Both the position numbers and the translations under genes were made by a program. A stretch of DNA of 64,000 nucleotides, from positions 4,149 through 68,148 of the forward strand of contig JBEBRR010000007.1 in assembly GCA_040394735.1 (NCBI GenBank), in the 5' to 3' direction. The notes beneath the pieces were generated by a model that made no database searches, was not told the DNA's origin, and worked only from the letters and a program-made list of their open reading frames with translations. Source of the DNA: Leadbetterella byssophila (GTDB lineage Bacteria > Bacteroidota > Bacteroidia > Cytophagales > Spirosomataceae). Below are positions 1 through 8,677 of the stretch, piece by piece (positions within the stretch are counted from its first letter, which is position 1; each line of letters begins with the position of its first letter).

Positions 1-1029
1 AAAGCAGGCGTAGTCCAGCGGCAGCGCCATGGGCTGTCCGTGAAAGTTGCCCCCGCTGATGGTGTCGTTGCTGTTGAATATAATGGGATTGTCAGTCACT
101 GAATTCAGCTCGGTCTCGGTCAGCTCTTTCAGGTGCAGCCAGGCATTCCGTGCAGCTCCGTGCACCTGCGGCATGCAGCGTAGGCTGTAGGGGTCCTGAA
201 CCCGCTCGCAATCCACATGACTCTCCATGATCTCGGAATTGCTTAGCAGGAGCCGCAGCCGCTGGGCCACCAGGCGGTTTCCGGCGAAAGGGCGGAGCTC
301 ATGCAGGCGTGTATCAAAAGGCGCCTTGGTCCCCTGCAGGGATTCCAGGCTCATGGCTCCGATGATATCGGCAATTTCCAGGCAGTTAAAGAAGCGTTCC
401 ACACATTTTACGGCATAGCTCAGGATAAACTGGGTGCCGTTGATAAGGGCAAGACCCTCTTTCGGGCCCAGCTGAATAGGTTCGACTCCCGCTGAGGTCA
501 GTACTGCGGCGGTATCGGAAACCTTACCGCGGTATTCTACTTTTCCCAGGCCGATCAGCGGTAAGAACAGGTGGGAGAGCGGTGCCAGGTCGCCGCTGGC
601 GCCTACGCTTCCTTTCTCGGGAACCATCGGAATGACATCGTTTTCAATATGCCACAGAATACGTTCCAGTGTGGTCAGCTGCACGCCTGAATATCCCCGG
701 GCCAGGGCATGAAGCTTAGTGATCAGCATGATCTTTGCAATTTCCACCGGGATATTGTCGCCGACGCCCACGCTGTGCGATTGCAGGATCTTGTATTGCA
801 ACGTACGGGTATCTTCTTCCGAAATGCTTTTGTTGGCCAGGATTCCGAAGCCTGTATTAATGCCGTAGACCGTTCTCTGGCTTGACACGATCTCCTGTAC
901 ATCGGCTTCCGATTTTCTGATTTTTTTAAGGGCATTTTCAGACAGGATTCCTTTAACCGTGCCCCTGGCTATACCCAGTGTGATTTCTACGGTAAGATGA
1001 TCCTCGCCGTAATTAAAATGTTTGTTCAT
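1..1029 (-). CDS. hutH: Histidine ammonia-lyase (3'-truncated by window edge)
   Basis: Hand translation from ATG at 1029: MNKHFNYGEDHL...VYGINTGFG...LQSHSVGVG...GSVGASGDLAPLSH (ASG MIO motif)...QDPYSLRCMPQVHGA...NSVTDNP...SGGNFHGQP. Absent from the ORF track because the stop lies outside the window. Confidence 0.95.
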   Translation of the reverse strand, partial: MNKHFNYGEDHLTVEITLGIARGTVKGILSENALKKIRKSEADVQEIVSSQRTVYGINTGFGILANKSISEEDTRTLQYKILQSHSVGVGDNIPVEIAKIMLITKLHALARGYSGVQLTTLERILWHIENDVIPMVPEKGSVGASGDLAPLSHLFLPLIGLGKVEYRGKVSDTAAVLTSAGVEPIQLGPKEGLALINGTQFILSYAVKCVERFFNCLEIADIIGAMSLESLQGTKAPFDTRLHELRPFAGNRLVAQRLRLLLSNSEIMESHVDCERVQDPYSLRCMPQVHGAARNAWLHLKELTETELNSVTDNPIIFNSNDTISGGNFHGQPMALPLDYACF

Positions 1030-1049
1030 GAAATAGATATTGGACTTTC

Positions 1050-1057
1050 CAAAGTTA
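1050..1057 (-). promoter_or_regulatory. Bacteroidota -7 promoter box (TAACTTTG) for hutH
   Basis: Matches TAnnTTTG 20 nt upstream of the ATG. Confidence 0.65.
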
Positions 1058-1146
1058 GGTTTTTATGACCATATAAGGCATAAAAGCACCCATAAGTTTG
1101 AAAAGAATTACGGTCATTAAAATGACGGAGTACGGGGCTGATTTAT

Positions 1147-1165
1147 TTTTAAGGAAATTTTAAGG
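1147..1165 (+). promoter_or_regulatory. Direct repeat TTTTAAGG-N3-TTTTAAGG (11-bp period), candidate response-regulator site upstream of yceI-like gene
   Basis: Perfect 8-bp repeat at 1147-1154 and 1158-1165. Confidence 0.5.
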
Positions 1166-1231
1166 TCTGGGAGAAACTTTTACGGCTGTAATATATGTTA
1201 CTACATCAATCGATAACAAACACTTTAAAAG

Positions 1232-1909
1232 ATGAAAAAAGTAACCGTTTTAGCTCTTGCAGTGCTCATCGGAGCCGCATCATGTAAAAACACGAATTCA
1301 GATTCTGCGGAGACTTCCGATGCTGCCGAGGTAGCCGTATCAGAAGGACATGCCTATCCTGTAGATCTTCAGTCAAGCCAGGTAGACTGGAAAGCGTTTC
1401 ACAAAGGCGGATTTGCACCGAGATGGGGAACCCTGAAACTTTCTGCCGGGGAACTTACTGTAGCCGATGATAATATCACCTCGGGAACTTTCACTATCGA
1501 CTTCACTACGCTGACAGTGGATCCCGCCTCTGTGACCGAGAAAGATAAGAAAGCCATCGACCTCCAGAACCACCTGAAGAGCGCTGACTTTTTTGATGTG
1601 GAGCAATTCCCTGCCGGAACCTTTGAAATCACCGGTATTACTGACTTTGATCCGGCAAAAGATAAAAGTGTGATAGAAGGGGCCAATAAAGTAGTAAGCG
1701 GAAACCTGACCCTCAAAGGAAATACGATCAACGTAACTTTCCCGGCCAGAATTTCAATAGGTGACGGAACCGCCCGTGTAGAGGCCCGGTTTACGGTAGA
1801 CCGTACTGCCTGGGGACTGAAATTCGGAGTTACTGATGCCGATCCGGCCGAGTGGGGAATCAGCAGGGATTTTGAAGTAGGAGTAGACCTTACCGCCGTG
1901 GCAAAATAA
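1232..1909 (+). CDS. YceI-family lipid/polyisoprenoid-binding lipoprotein
   Basis: Lipobox AASC; motifs SQVDWKA, GTFTIDF, LQNHLKSADFFDV, GNLTLKG, F.VDRT.WG. Confidence 0.9.
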   Translation: MKKVTVLALAVLIGAASCKNTNSDSAETSDAAEVAVSEGHAYPVDLQSSQVDWKAFHKGGFAPRWGTLKLSAGELTVADDNITSGTFTIDFTTLTVDPASVTEKDKKAIDLQNHLKSADFFDVEQFPAGTFEITGITDFDPAKDKSVIEGANKVVSGNLTLKGNTINVTFPARISIGDGTARVEARFTVDRTAWGLKFGVTDADPAEWGISRDFEVGVDLTAVAK

Positions 1910-1930
1910 GGCTGCACGTAAGATATACAG

Positions 1931-1951
1931 GAGGGCTTCGGCCCTCTTTTT
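1931..1951 (+). terminator. Intrinsic terminator
   Basis: GAGGGC-TTCG-GCCCTC followed by TTTTT. Confidence 0.85.
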
Positions 1952-2010
1952 ATTTTAAGGATCACCCGAAAAGCGGATTATTTGCGTTACTTTTGTATAA
2001 AAATCTACTT

Positions 2011-3000
2011 ATGAATGTATTTCTTACCGGCATAACGGGCCTGTTGGGAAGCGAAGTCTCCCGTCAGCTTCTGGCGCGGGGATACAAGGTCAGAGCGTTG
2101 GTGAGGAACCCTGGGAAGGTACAGTTACAACATCCGGATATTGAATATGTGCAGGGGGATATCCTTGACATTACCACGCTTACAGAACAGGTACAGGATG
2201 CCGACTTTGTGATCCATACAGCAGCGGTGGTCTCTTTTGCCCCGAAAGACCGGAATGAGATGTACAAAACCAATGTGGAGGGAACGGCCAATGTGGTCAA
2301 TGCCTGTCTTTCTTCGCCGGTTAAAAAACTGGGGTACGTCAGCTCCATAGCGGCTTTTGGTCGTCCCCCCTTAAGTGAGATGAAAAAAATGGACCGGGTG
2401 GAGATCGATGAGGAGCAGAAATGGATAGCCTCGGGGACCAATTCCCATTATGCGATAAGCAAATACCTGGGCGAATGTGAAGTCTGGAGAGGTGCGGCAG
2501 AAGGCCTGAACATGGTGATCGTCAATCCCTCGATCATCCTGGGCGAGAGCGACTGGGAGATAAGCAGCACACGGCTGTTTAAATATGTGTATGATGAAAA
2601 ACCGTTTTACCCGGAAGGTTTCCTGAATTATACGGATGTGAAAGATGTGGCTTCAGCGCTCATCCGGCTGATGGAGTCGGATATCCGGCAAGAGCGTTTC
2701 TGTGTGTCTGCCGGGATGATCTCCTACAAGGAGTTTTTTGATAAAATAGCCGTCCGTTTCGGAAAGAAGAAGCCCTGGTTTAAGGTCAGCGCCGGCATGA
2801 TGGGCGCTTTGTGGCGCCTGGAAGCCCTGAAATCTTTTCTGACCGGCGGGGCTCCGCTGATCACCAGAGAAACGGCTAAAACAGCCCAGCTGAAGATATT
2901 ACAGAAGAATACCAAGATCAGGAAGGCCCTGGGTTTTGAATTCAGAACGTTGGATGAGACCCTCGACAGGGTGTGTGCATTTCTGGCAGGGAAGAATTAA
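2011..3000 (+). CDS. NAD-dependent epimerase/dehydratase (extended SDR)
   Basis: TGITGLLG Rossmann motif and YAISK catalytic motif. ATG 2011 preferred because TTG 1993 lies inside a TACTTTTG promoter box (1988-1995). Confidence 0.9.
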   Translation: MNVFLTGITGLLGSEVSRQLLARGYKVRALVRNPGKVQLQHPDIEYVQGDILDITTLTEQVQDADFVIHTAAVVSFAPKDRNEMYKTNVEGTANVVNACLSSPVKKLGYVSSIAAFGRPPLSEMKKMDRVEIDEEQKWIASGTNSHYAISKYLGECEVWRGAAEGLNMVIVNPSIILGESDWEISSTRLFKYVYDEKPFYPEGFLNYTDVKDVASALIRLMESDIRQERFCVSAGMISYKEFFDKIAVRFGKKKPWFKVSAGMMGALWRLEALKSFLTGGAPLITRETAKTAQLKILQKNTKIRKALGFEFRTLDETLDRVCAFLAGKN

Positions 3001-3067
3001 AAAAGGCTTAAATTCCTTTCGGAATTAAAAAAAGCTGTTACTTTTACCAAGCATTGGAAGGATTATA

Positions 3068-4483
3068 ATGAATCAGGACTTTAGCGAACCTTTTGAGGAA
3101 TACAACGAAACTTCGCCGGAAGAGGTGGCAAGGAGATTCGAGCTGATGTTGAAACGGAAGGAATCCCCGGCGTTCAGTGAGGAGGTCTTTGAGTCATTGA
3201 CCGAGCATTATCTTGTTAAGGGAAATTTTGAGATGGCCCTGAAGGCTTGCAATTACGGGCTCCGGCTTTACCCCAATTCCCTCGATATGCTGCTGAATAA
3301 GGTTCAGGTGCTGATCAACCGGCTCGAACTTTATGAGGCCACGGAGATCCTGGATCATGCCTCCGTATTTTACCCTTCCGACACTGAGATCCGGTATTTC
3401 CGGGGGGTGATCAATATCTATTCCGGAGAAAACGAAAAAGCCATTGAGATCTTCCGCGAAATTCTTCCCATTTCAGAAGAAAAGGAAAATATTTATTTTC
3501 AGCTGGGCATGGCGCAGTCAGGCCTGGGTCTGCTCGAAGATTCCATTGAGTCTTTTCAGAAAGCCATTGACGAGAACAGCAGGAGCGAGATTGTATATAC
3601 GGAACTGGTTTTCAGCTATGAGCTGGCCTCTGCCCTGGAACAGGGTGTGAGCTACTTTAAGGAGCTGATCGATAAGGATCCCTACAATCACCTGGCGTGG
3701 TTTGCCCTGGGGCAGTGCTATAATAATTTAAGCCTTTTTGAAGAGGCCAAAGATGCTTTCGGATTTGTCACCGCCATTAATGATAAGTTTTCAGGAGGAT
3801 GGTATAACCTGGGACAGTCGCACCTGAACCTCGAAGAGTATGAGCAGGCCAGGGCCTGTTTCCGGCACACCCTTGAGCTGGAAGAGGAATCAGCGGAAGT
3901 GCTGGTGCACCTGGGCGCTTCGCATGAGCGGCTGGAGGAGTTTTCCGATGCTTTTAAATGTTATAAGCGGGCTTCCGAGCTGGATGAATACAGCGATGAG
4001 GCCTGGTTTGGGATGTCGTCTGTACTGTATGAGCAGGAACGTTACGTGGAGGCCATACATTTTATCAAGAAGGCCATCAAACTGAACGGGGTTAATTCTG
4101 ACTACTGGCTGCTGCTGGCCGACAATGAGAGTAAGTTCGGAAATGTGGTTTCTGCGGAAGAGGCCTATGCCAAGGCAGTGGAGCTGAATCCCATTGATCC
4201 GGATATCTGGCTGAACTGGTCTTTGCTGTATTTTGATACGGAAGATTACAGGAAAGCCCTGGAGATTGTGACCGATGGTCTGGAAGATCTGCCGGAGGAG
4301 GCAGACCTGTATTACCGTGCCACGGTGTATCTCCTGTATGACGGCAGTTTTACCATGGCCTATAAATACCTTCAGGAGGCGCTTGCCCTGGATTATGACA
4401 AGCATGTTCAGTTGTATGATTTCTTCAGTAACCTGAATACACTGAAGACGCTGCAGCGCATCATTGAGCAATATAAAGCATAA
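3068..4483 (+). CDS. Tetratricopeptide repeat protein
   Basis: Multiple 34-aa TPR units (AWFALGQCY, WYNLGQSH, AWFGMS, AYAKAVELNP). Confidence 0.9.
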   Translation: MNQDFSEPFEEYNETSPEEVARRFELMLKRKESPAFSEEVFESLTEHYLVKGNFEMALKACNYGLRLYPNSLDMLLNKVQVLINRLELYEATEILDHASVFYPSDTEIRYFRGVINIYSGENEKAIEIFREILPISEEKENIYFQLGMAQSGLGLLEDSIESFQKAIDENSRSEIVYTELVFSYELASALEQGVSYFKELIDKDPYNHLAWFALGQCYNNLSLFEEAKDAFGFVTAINDKFSGGWYNLGQSHLNLEEYEQARACFRHTLELEEESAEVLVHLGASHERLEEFSDAFKCYKRASELDEYSDEAWFGMSSVLYEQERYVEAIHFIKKAIKLNGVNSDYWLLLADNESKFGNVVSAEEAYAKAVELNPIDPDIWLNWSLLYFDTEDYRKALEIVTDGLEDLPEEADLYYRATVYLLYDGSFTMAYKYLQEALALDYDKHVQLYDFFSNLNTLKTLQRIIEQYKA

Positions 4484-4511
4484 AAAAGGCCCTTTCCCAA
4501 GGGCCTTTTTT
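4482..4511. terminator. Bidirectional intrinsic terminator
   Basis: AAAAAAGGCCCTT-loop-AAGGGCCTTTTTT between convergent genes. Confidence 0.85.
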
Positions 4512-4516
4512 ATGCT

Positions 4517-6271
4517 TTATTTTTTGAAATTATAAAACTTCCAGTTCGGCTTATACTCTTTTGGGAGGGGCTGATTCAGCAGGGAGGCCCGGATCATTTC
4601 CATAGGCATGTGATTCAGCTTGATCACTTTATCATGGAAGTCGGCAAATGACATTTTTCCTGATTCCACAAATTCATTTTTGATACTGAACAGCTGTAGT
4701 CCCCCTACCAGGTAAGCCAGCTGGTAAAGCGGAGGATAGCTGCCTTCAAAAGACCGCTTAACTTCTGCATGTGCATTAGAGTATTCATGTCCTACACGTT
4801 CTACCAGGTAATCCACGCATTGCTGGGGTGTCCATTCACCCAGGTGATATTTCAGTGAGAAGGTGATCCGGGCGCAGCGGTGCATTCTCCAGAAAAGCAT
4901 CCCTATTCTTTCTTCCGGTGTTTTGGCAAAGCCTTTTTCATACAGCAGGAGTTCCCAGTAGAGCGTCCAGCCTTCGGTAGAAAAAGGGGTGGAGAAGGCC
5001 TCGCGACGGTAAGGGCGGTAACGGCTGTTCATATAAAACTGAAGATGGTGGCCGGGCACCAGCTCATGCTGCACCGTTCCGCGGGAAAAATAGGGGTTAT
5101 TTCCGCGCATACTCATCATTTTGTGCTCATGTTCCATGGTGTTGGTGGGGTAGGAGATGATAATATCTCTTCCGCCCAGGAAGAACGGGCTGACCAGCTG
5201 GCGTTCGGGGCTCATCATCTGCATGCCCCAGGTTTCATCTGCAATGGCAGGAATATTGATAAGCTTGTTGGCCCTGATAAACTCCTGGGCATCATTGTAA
5301 AGTTTAATGATCAGCTCGGGCTGGGTACCTGCAGGCACATAGCTGTTTTTTACTTTCTCCTGGGCGGCTTTCCAGTTGTCGCCGAAACCCATTTCCCGTG
5401 AGGCTTTGATCACCTCCGCCTCGCACCAGGCAAATTCCTGGTCGGCCAGCCGGATCAGCTCTTCGGGCGTATAGGCAACCATCTCCACTTTCAGCTGACG
5501 GTTGAGCTCTTCTCTTCCTACGGGGAGCCCGCCGATGCCGCTGCCGTCATCCGATGGTTTTGCATCGCTTTTAGACCGGATCAGCTTTTCATAATCGGTA
5601 AGCTGCCCGTCCAGTTTCTTGTAGGTAGTGGGCACCCACCAGGTGAACAGTGGATCGTACCCGTTATAAAAATCATAAAAGCTTTTCAGACGGGCCTTCA
5701 GCGAGGCGATCATGTCAGCGGTGAAATTTGCTTTGGTTTCTCCGATCTTGCCGCCCTTCGATATTTCTTCGGTGATCTTTCCCAGCTCCTTGGAGGCCTG
5801 GTTAAGCCGGTCAGCCACTTCCTGCCCGTTTAGGGTGGCCCCGCGCCGGCGCAGCTTTTCGTATTCGTAAATGGTGGGAGCAAAGGGGAGATATTTTTCA
5901 ATTTCCTTGTAGAGTGCCGCTTCCTTACCCAGAACATTCTGGGCTTCTTCCACTTTTCTCTTGAGGAGAATGTAATCTATCTGCCCGTCGGTACTGATGT
6001 TATTGTAATCAGCAGCGGCCAGCTTTTGCAGGTATTCCCGGTTCAGGGCCATCATTCTTTCCCGCTGGTCAGGGGAGTTGGCCAGGCTCCGGAACCCGCC
6101 GGCCGTAGCGCCGTAAAAGTAGTTAACGGCCCGGGCGTCATTGGTGTATTGCACCACCAGGCCGGAGGTTTCGCTGGCCTGTTCGAACATGGAGTCGGTA
6201 GGTTTTTGCTGGGCCTGTACAGCAGGAGCCAGCAAAACAGCGACCAAAACTTTAAGGATAGTTTTCTTCAT
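4517..6271 (-). CDS. Secreted DUF885-family protein (zincin-like motifs)
   Basis: Signal peptide ending AVQA; HELVPGHHLQ and TEGWTLYWE motifs; WRMHRCARI; last gene of the Hyp operon (12-bp gap). Confidence 0.85.
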   Translation of the reverse strand: MKKTILKVLVAVLLAPAVQAQQKPTDSMFEQASETSGLVVQYTNDARAVNYFYGATAGGFRSLANSPDQRERMMALNREYLQKLAAADYNNISTDGQIDYILLKRKVEEAQNVLGKEAALYKEIEKYLPFAPTIYEYEKLRRRGATLNGQEVADRLNQASKELGKITEEISKGGKIGETKANFTADMIASLKARLKSFYDFYNGYDPLFTWWVPTTYKKLDGQLTDYEKLIRSKSDAKPSDDGSGIGGLPVGREELNRQLKVEMVAYTPEELIRLADQEFAWCEAEVIKASREMGFGDNWKAAQEKVKNSYVPAGTQPELIIKLYNDAQEFIRANKLINIPAIADETWGMQMMSPERQLVSPFFLGGRDIIISYPTNTMEHEHKMMSMRGNNPYFSRGTVQHELVPGHHLQFYMNSRYRPYRREAFSTPFSTEGWTLYWELLLYEKGFAKTPEERIGMLFWRMHRCARITFSLKYHLGEWTPQQCVDYLVERVGHEYSNAHAEVKRSFEGSYPPLYQLAYLVGGLQLFSIKNEFVESGKMSFADFHDKVIKLNHMPMEMIRASLLNQPLPKEYKPNWKFYNFKK

Positions 6272-6283
6272 CAGTTATCAAGG

Positions 6284-7549
6284 TTAGTTAAATCGTTCAG
6301 GGTCAAATAAACGGATATCGGTGGCCGGCCGGTTACTGTTCACCAGATCAGCCACGGTTTTTCCTACAGCAGGCCCCAGGCTTAATCCCATCATACCTAA
6401 CCCGCCGGCCAGGGTGAGGTTATTAAGCGTTTTGCTATTGCCGAGGTAGGGGAGGCCATCCGGTGAGCAGGGCCGGAAGCCATGCCAGATTTCCTTTTCT
6501 TCCGGTAAAGGTAACTCATATTCAGGATAATACTGAGGGATGGAGTTGACAATGCCTTCCACCCGTTTCCGGTTGATCCTGTGGTTTACGGCCGCCAGCT
6601 CCATGGTTCCCCCGATCCTCACCTGGCCGTTCATGGGAGTCAGCGCTACCCGGGCTTCCAGAAGAAGGGCCGGATGCTTCACTTTCCCCCCGAAAGCATC
6701 GGTCATGAAGGAATATCCTTTGCCGGGCATAAGCGGGAGACTGAGGCCGGCTTTTTTTGCCAGGTCCCCGAGCCAGGCTCCGGGCGTAAAGATATACCGG
6801 TCTGCCGAGAATTTTTTCCCGCTGCCGGTTTCCAGGGTTGTGATCTTTCCCCCGGAACGGCTGATGTCTACCACTTCTTCGTTTGGATAAAATCTTACTC
6901 CCAAAGCAATGAGCTTTTTTCTCAGGGCACCCATCAGCGCGGGCGGATACAGGTGCCCGTCGCAACGGTAATGTACAGCCCCCAGAACATCCAGGCGGAC
7001 ATCAGGCTCCAGCGCGTCCAGCTCGGCCTTACTCAGAACGGCCACGTCCAGGCCCAGCTCACTGGCGGTGTGCGCAAGGTGAATTTCTTCTTCTTCCGTA
7101 CGGGCAGTTTTGTACAGCATCAGGATTCCTTTCTTTTCCAGCCCGAAAGCCTGGTCCAGGTCACTGTAAAGCTCATCGTAAAGTGAGCTGCTGAAAAGGT
7201 TGAGGTCACGGATAGGAGGGGCAGAGGCAGTGACATGCCTTTCATTGGCATTTTTCACGAACTTCAGTCCCCAGGAGATCAGGGAGCGGCTGGGCGAGGG
7301 CTTTACATAAAACGGGCTCCGGCTGTTAAACATCCAGCGGATTCCCTGGGAGATCATTCCGGGAGCCGCCATAGGCGTAAAGTGGCTGGGCACGATCATC
7401 CCAGCATTGCCATAGGAACAATTGTCCTCAAAATCACCCTTATCCAGCACAGAAACTTCCCAGCCTGTTTTTCTTAAATAATAGGCCGAAGACAGACCTG
7501 CAATTCCTCCTCCGGCTATCAGTACGCTACCATTCATAATTCCCGTCAT
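6284..7549 (-). CDS. FAD-dependent D-amino acid dehydrogenase (probable D-hydroxyproline dehydrogenase)
   Basis: GGGIAG FAD motif; SYGNAG, PGKGYS, GFRPCSPDGLP; operon context. Confidence 0.85.
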   Translation of the reverse strand: MTGIMNGSVLIAGGGIAGLSSAYYLRKTGWEVSVLDKGDFEDNCSYGNAGMIVPSHFTPMAAPGMISQGIRWMFNSRSPFYVKPSPSRSLISWGLKFVKNANERHVTASAPPIRDLNLFSSSLYDELYSDLDQAFGLEKKGILMLYKTARTEEEEIHLAHTASELGLDVAVLSKAELDALEPDVRLDVLGAVHYRCDGHLYPPALMGALRKKLIALGVRFYPNEEVVDISRSGGKITTLETGSGKKFSADRYIFTPGAWLGDLAKKAGLSLPLMPGKGYSFMTDAFGGKVKHPALLLEARVALTPMNGQVRIGGTMELAAVNHRINRKRVEGIVNSIPQYYPEYELPLPEEKEIWHGFRPCSPDGLPYLGNSKTLNNLTLAGGLGMMGLSLGPAVGKTVADLVNSNRPATDIRLFDPERFN

Positions 7550-7550
7550 T

Positions 7551-8558
7551 TTAAATTACCTGAAACCCGTGCGCGTAGGGATCGTTATCGTCTATAAACA
7601 GGGTGTTGTACCCGTAGATGATTGCCCAGCCTTCGATGCTGGGTGTAATGGCAGGCCTGCCGTTTCCGAAAGGATCCGGATGCTCGGCCTCAATCCTGCC
7701 TGTAAACTTCGATCCGATGATGCTTTCATGTATAAACGCATCGCCGGGCTTTAACTTGCCTTTGGCATGCCATTGCGCCATACGCGCCGAAGTTCCCGTA
7801 CCGCAGGGCGAACGGTCAATAGCTTTGTCGCCATAGAAAACGGCATTCCGGGCAGAAGAGGCAGGGTCAAGCACTTCGCCGGTCCATTGAATATGGCTTA
7901 GCCCGTTGATGTGGGCATCTTCAGGGTGCACAAACGTGTAGTGTTCATTCAGACGGTTCCGTAGCGTCCGGCTCCAGCTGATCAGCTGGTCGGCCGGGTA
8001 ATCCTGTAGTCCGCTAAAGTTTTTCTGGGGGTCAATAATGGCATAGAAATTTCCGCCGTAGGCGACGTCTACGGTCAGCTCGCCCAGGCCGGGGCATTCT
8101 ACCGTGAGGTTTTCTGCGGCCAGAAAAGATTTAACGTTGGTAAGTTTTACTGATTTTACCTTGCTGCCTTCCTGCACGTAATCGATCAGCACCAGCCCTG
8201 CGGGAGCTTCCAGCCTCAGTTTTCCGGGCGTTTTGGGGGTGATCAGTCCTTCTTCAATGGCAATGGTAACGGTACCGATGGTACCATGACCGCACATGGG
8301 CAGGCAGCCACTGGTTTCAATATACAGTACGGCCACATCATTGGCCGGGTCTGTCGGAGGGTAAAGAATGCTGCCACTCATCATATCATGACCACGGGGC
8401 TCAAACATCAGCCCCTTGCGGATCCAGTCATATTCCCTCAGAAAATGCAGGCGACGTTCCATCATGCTGTTTCCTTCCAGGAAAGGGCCGCCCCCGGATA
8501 CCAGCCGGACAGGGTTGCCACAGGTGTGGGCGTCAATACACGAAAATGTTCGTTTCAT
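7551..8558 (-). CDS. 4-hydroxyproline 2-epimerase (proline racemase family)
   Basis: DAHTCGNP, EPRGHDMMSG; both catalytic Cys present (MCGH, DRSPCGTG). Confidence 0.92.
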   Translation of the reverse strand: MKRTFSCIDAHTCGNPVRLVSGGGPFLEGNSMMERRLHFLREYDWIRKGLMFEPRGHDMMSGSILYPPTDPANDVAVLYIETSGCLPMCGHGTIGTVTIAIEEGLITPKTPGKLRLEAPAGLVLIDYVQEGSKVKSVKLTNVKSFLAAENLTVECPGLGELTVDVAYGGNFYAIIDPQKNFSGLQDYPADQLISWSRTLRNRLNEHYTFVHPEDAHINGLSHIQWTGEVLDPASSARNAVFYGDKAIDRSPCGTGTSARMAQWHAKGKLKPGDAFIHESIIGSKFTGRIEAEHPDPFGNGRPAITPSIEGWAIIYGYNTLFIDDNDPYAHGFQVI

Positions 8559-8595
8559 CTTTAGTTAAGAGTGTATTAGTTCCGGTTTTTAGGTG

Positions 8596-8677
8596 TGGGG
8601 ACGCAGAACCCCGCGTCCCCATTAATCATTATTATCATTCAGCATTCAGCCTTCAACACTCAGCATTACCCGTTACC
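8596..8677. repeat. REP-like GC hairpin plus degenerate 7-bp tandem repeats
   Basis: TGGGGACGC-N8-GCGTCCCCA (8596-8621), then CATTCAG CATTCAG CCTTCAA CACTCAG CATTACC CGTTACC (8636-8677). Confidence 0.65.

Noticed and set aside
227-935. Three short ORFs in the ORF track
   Set aside because: They overlap the real, window-truncated hutH gene.
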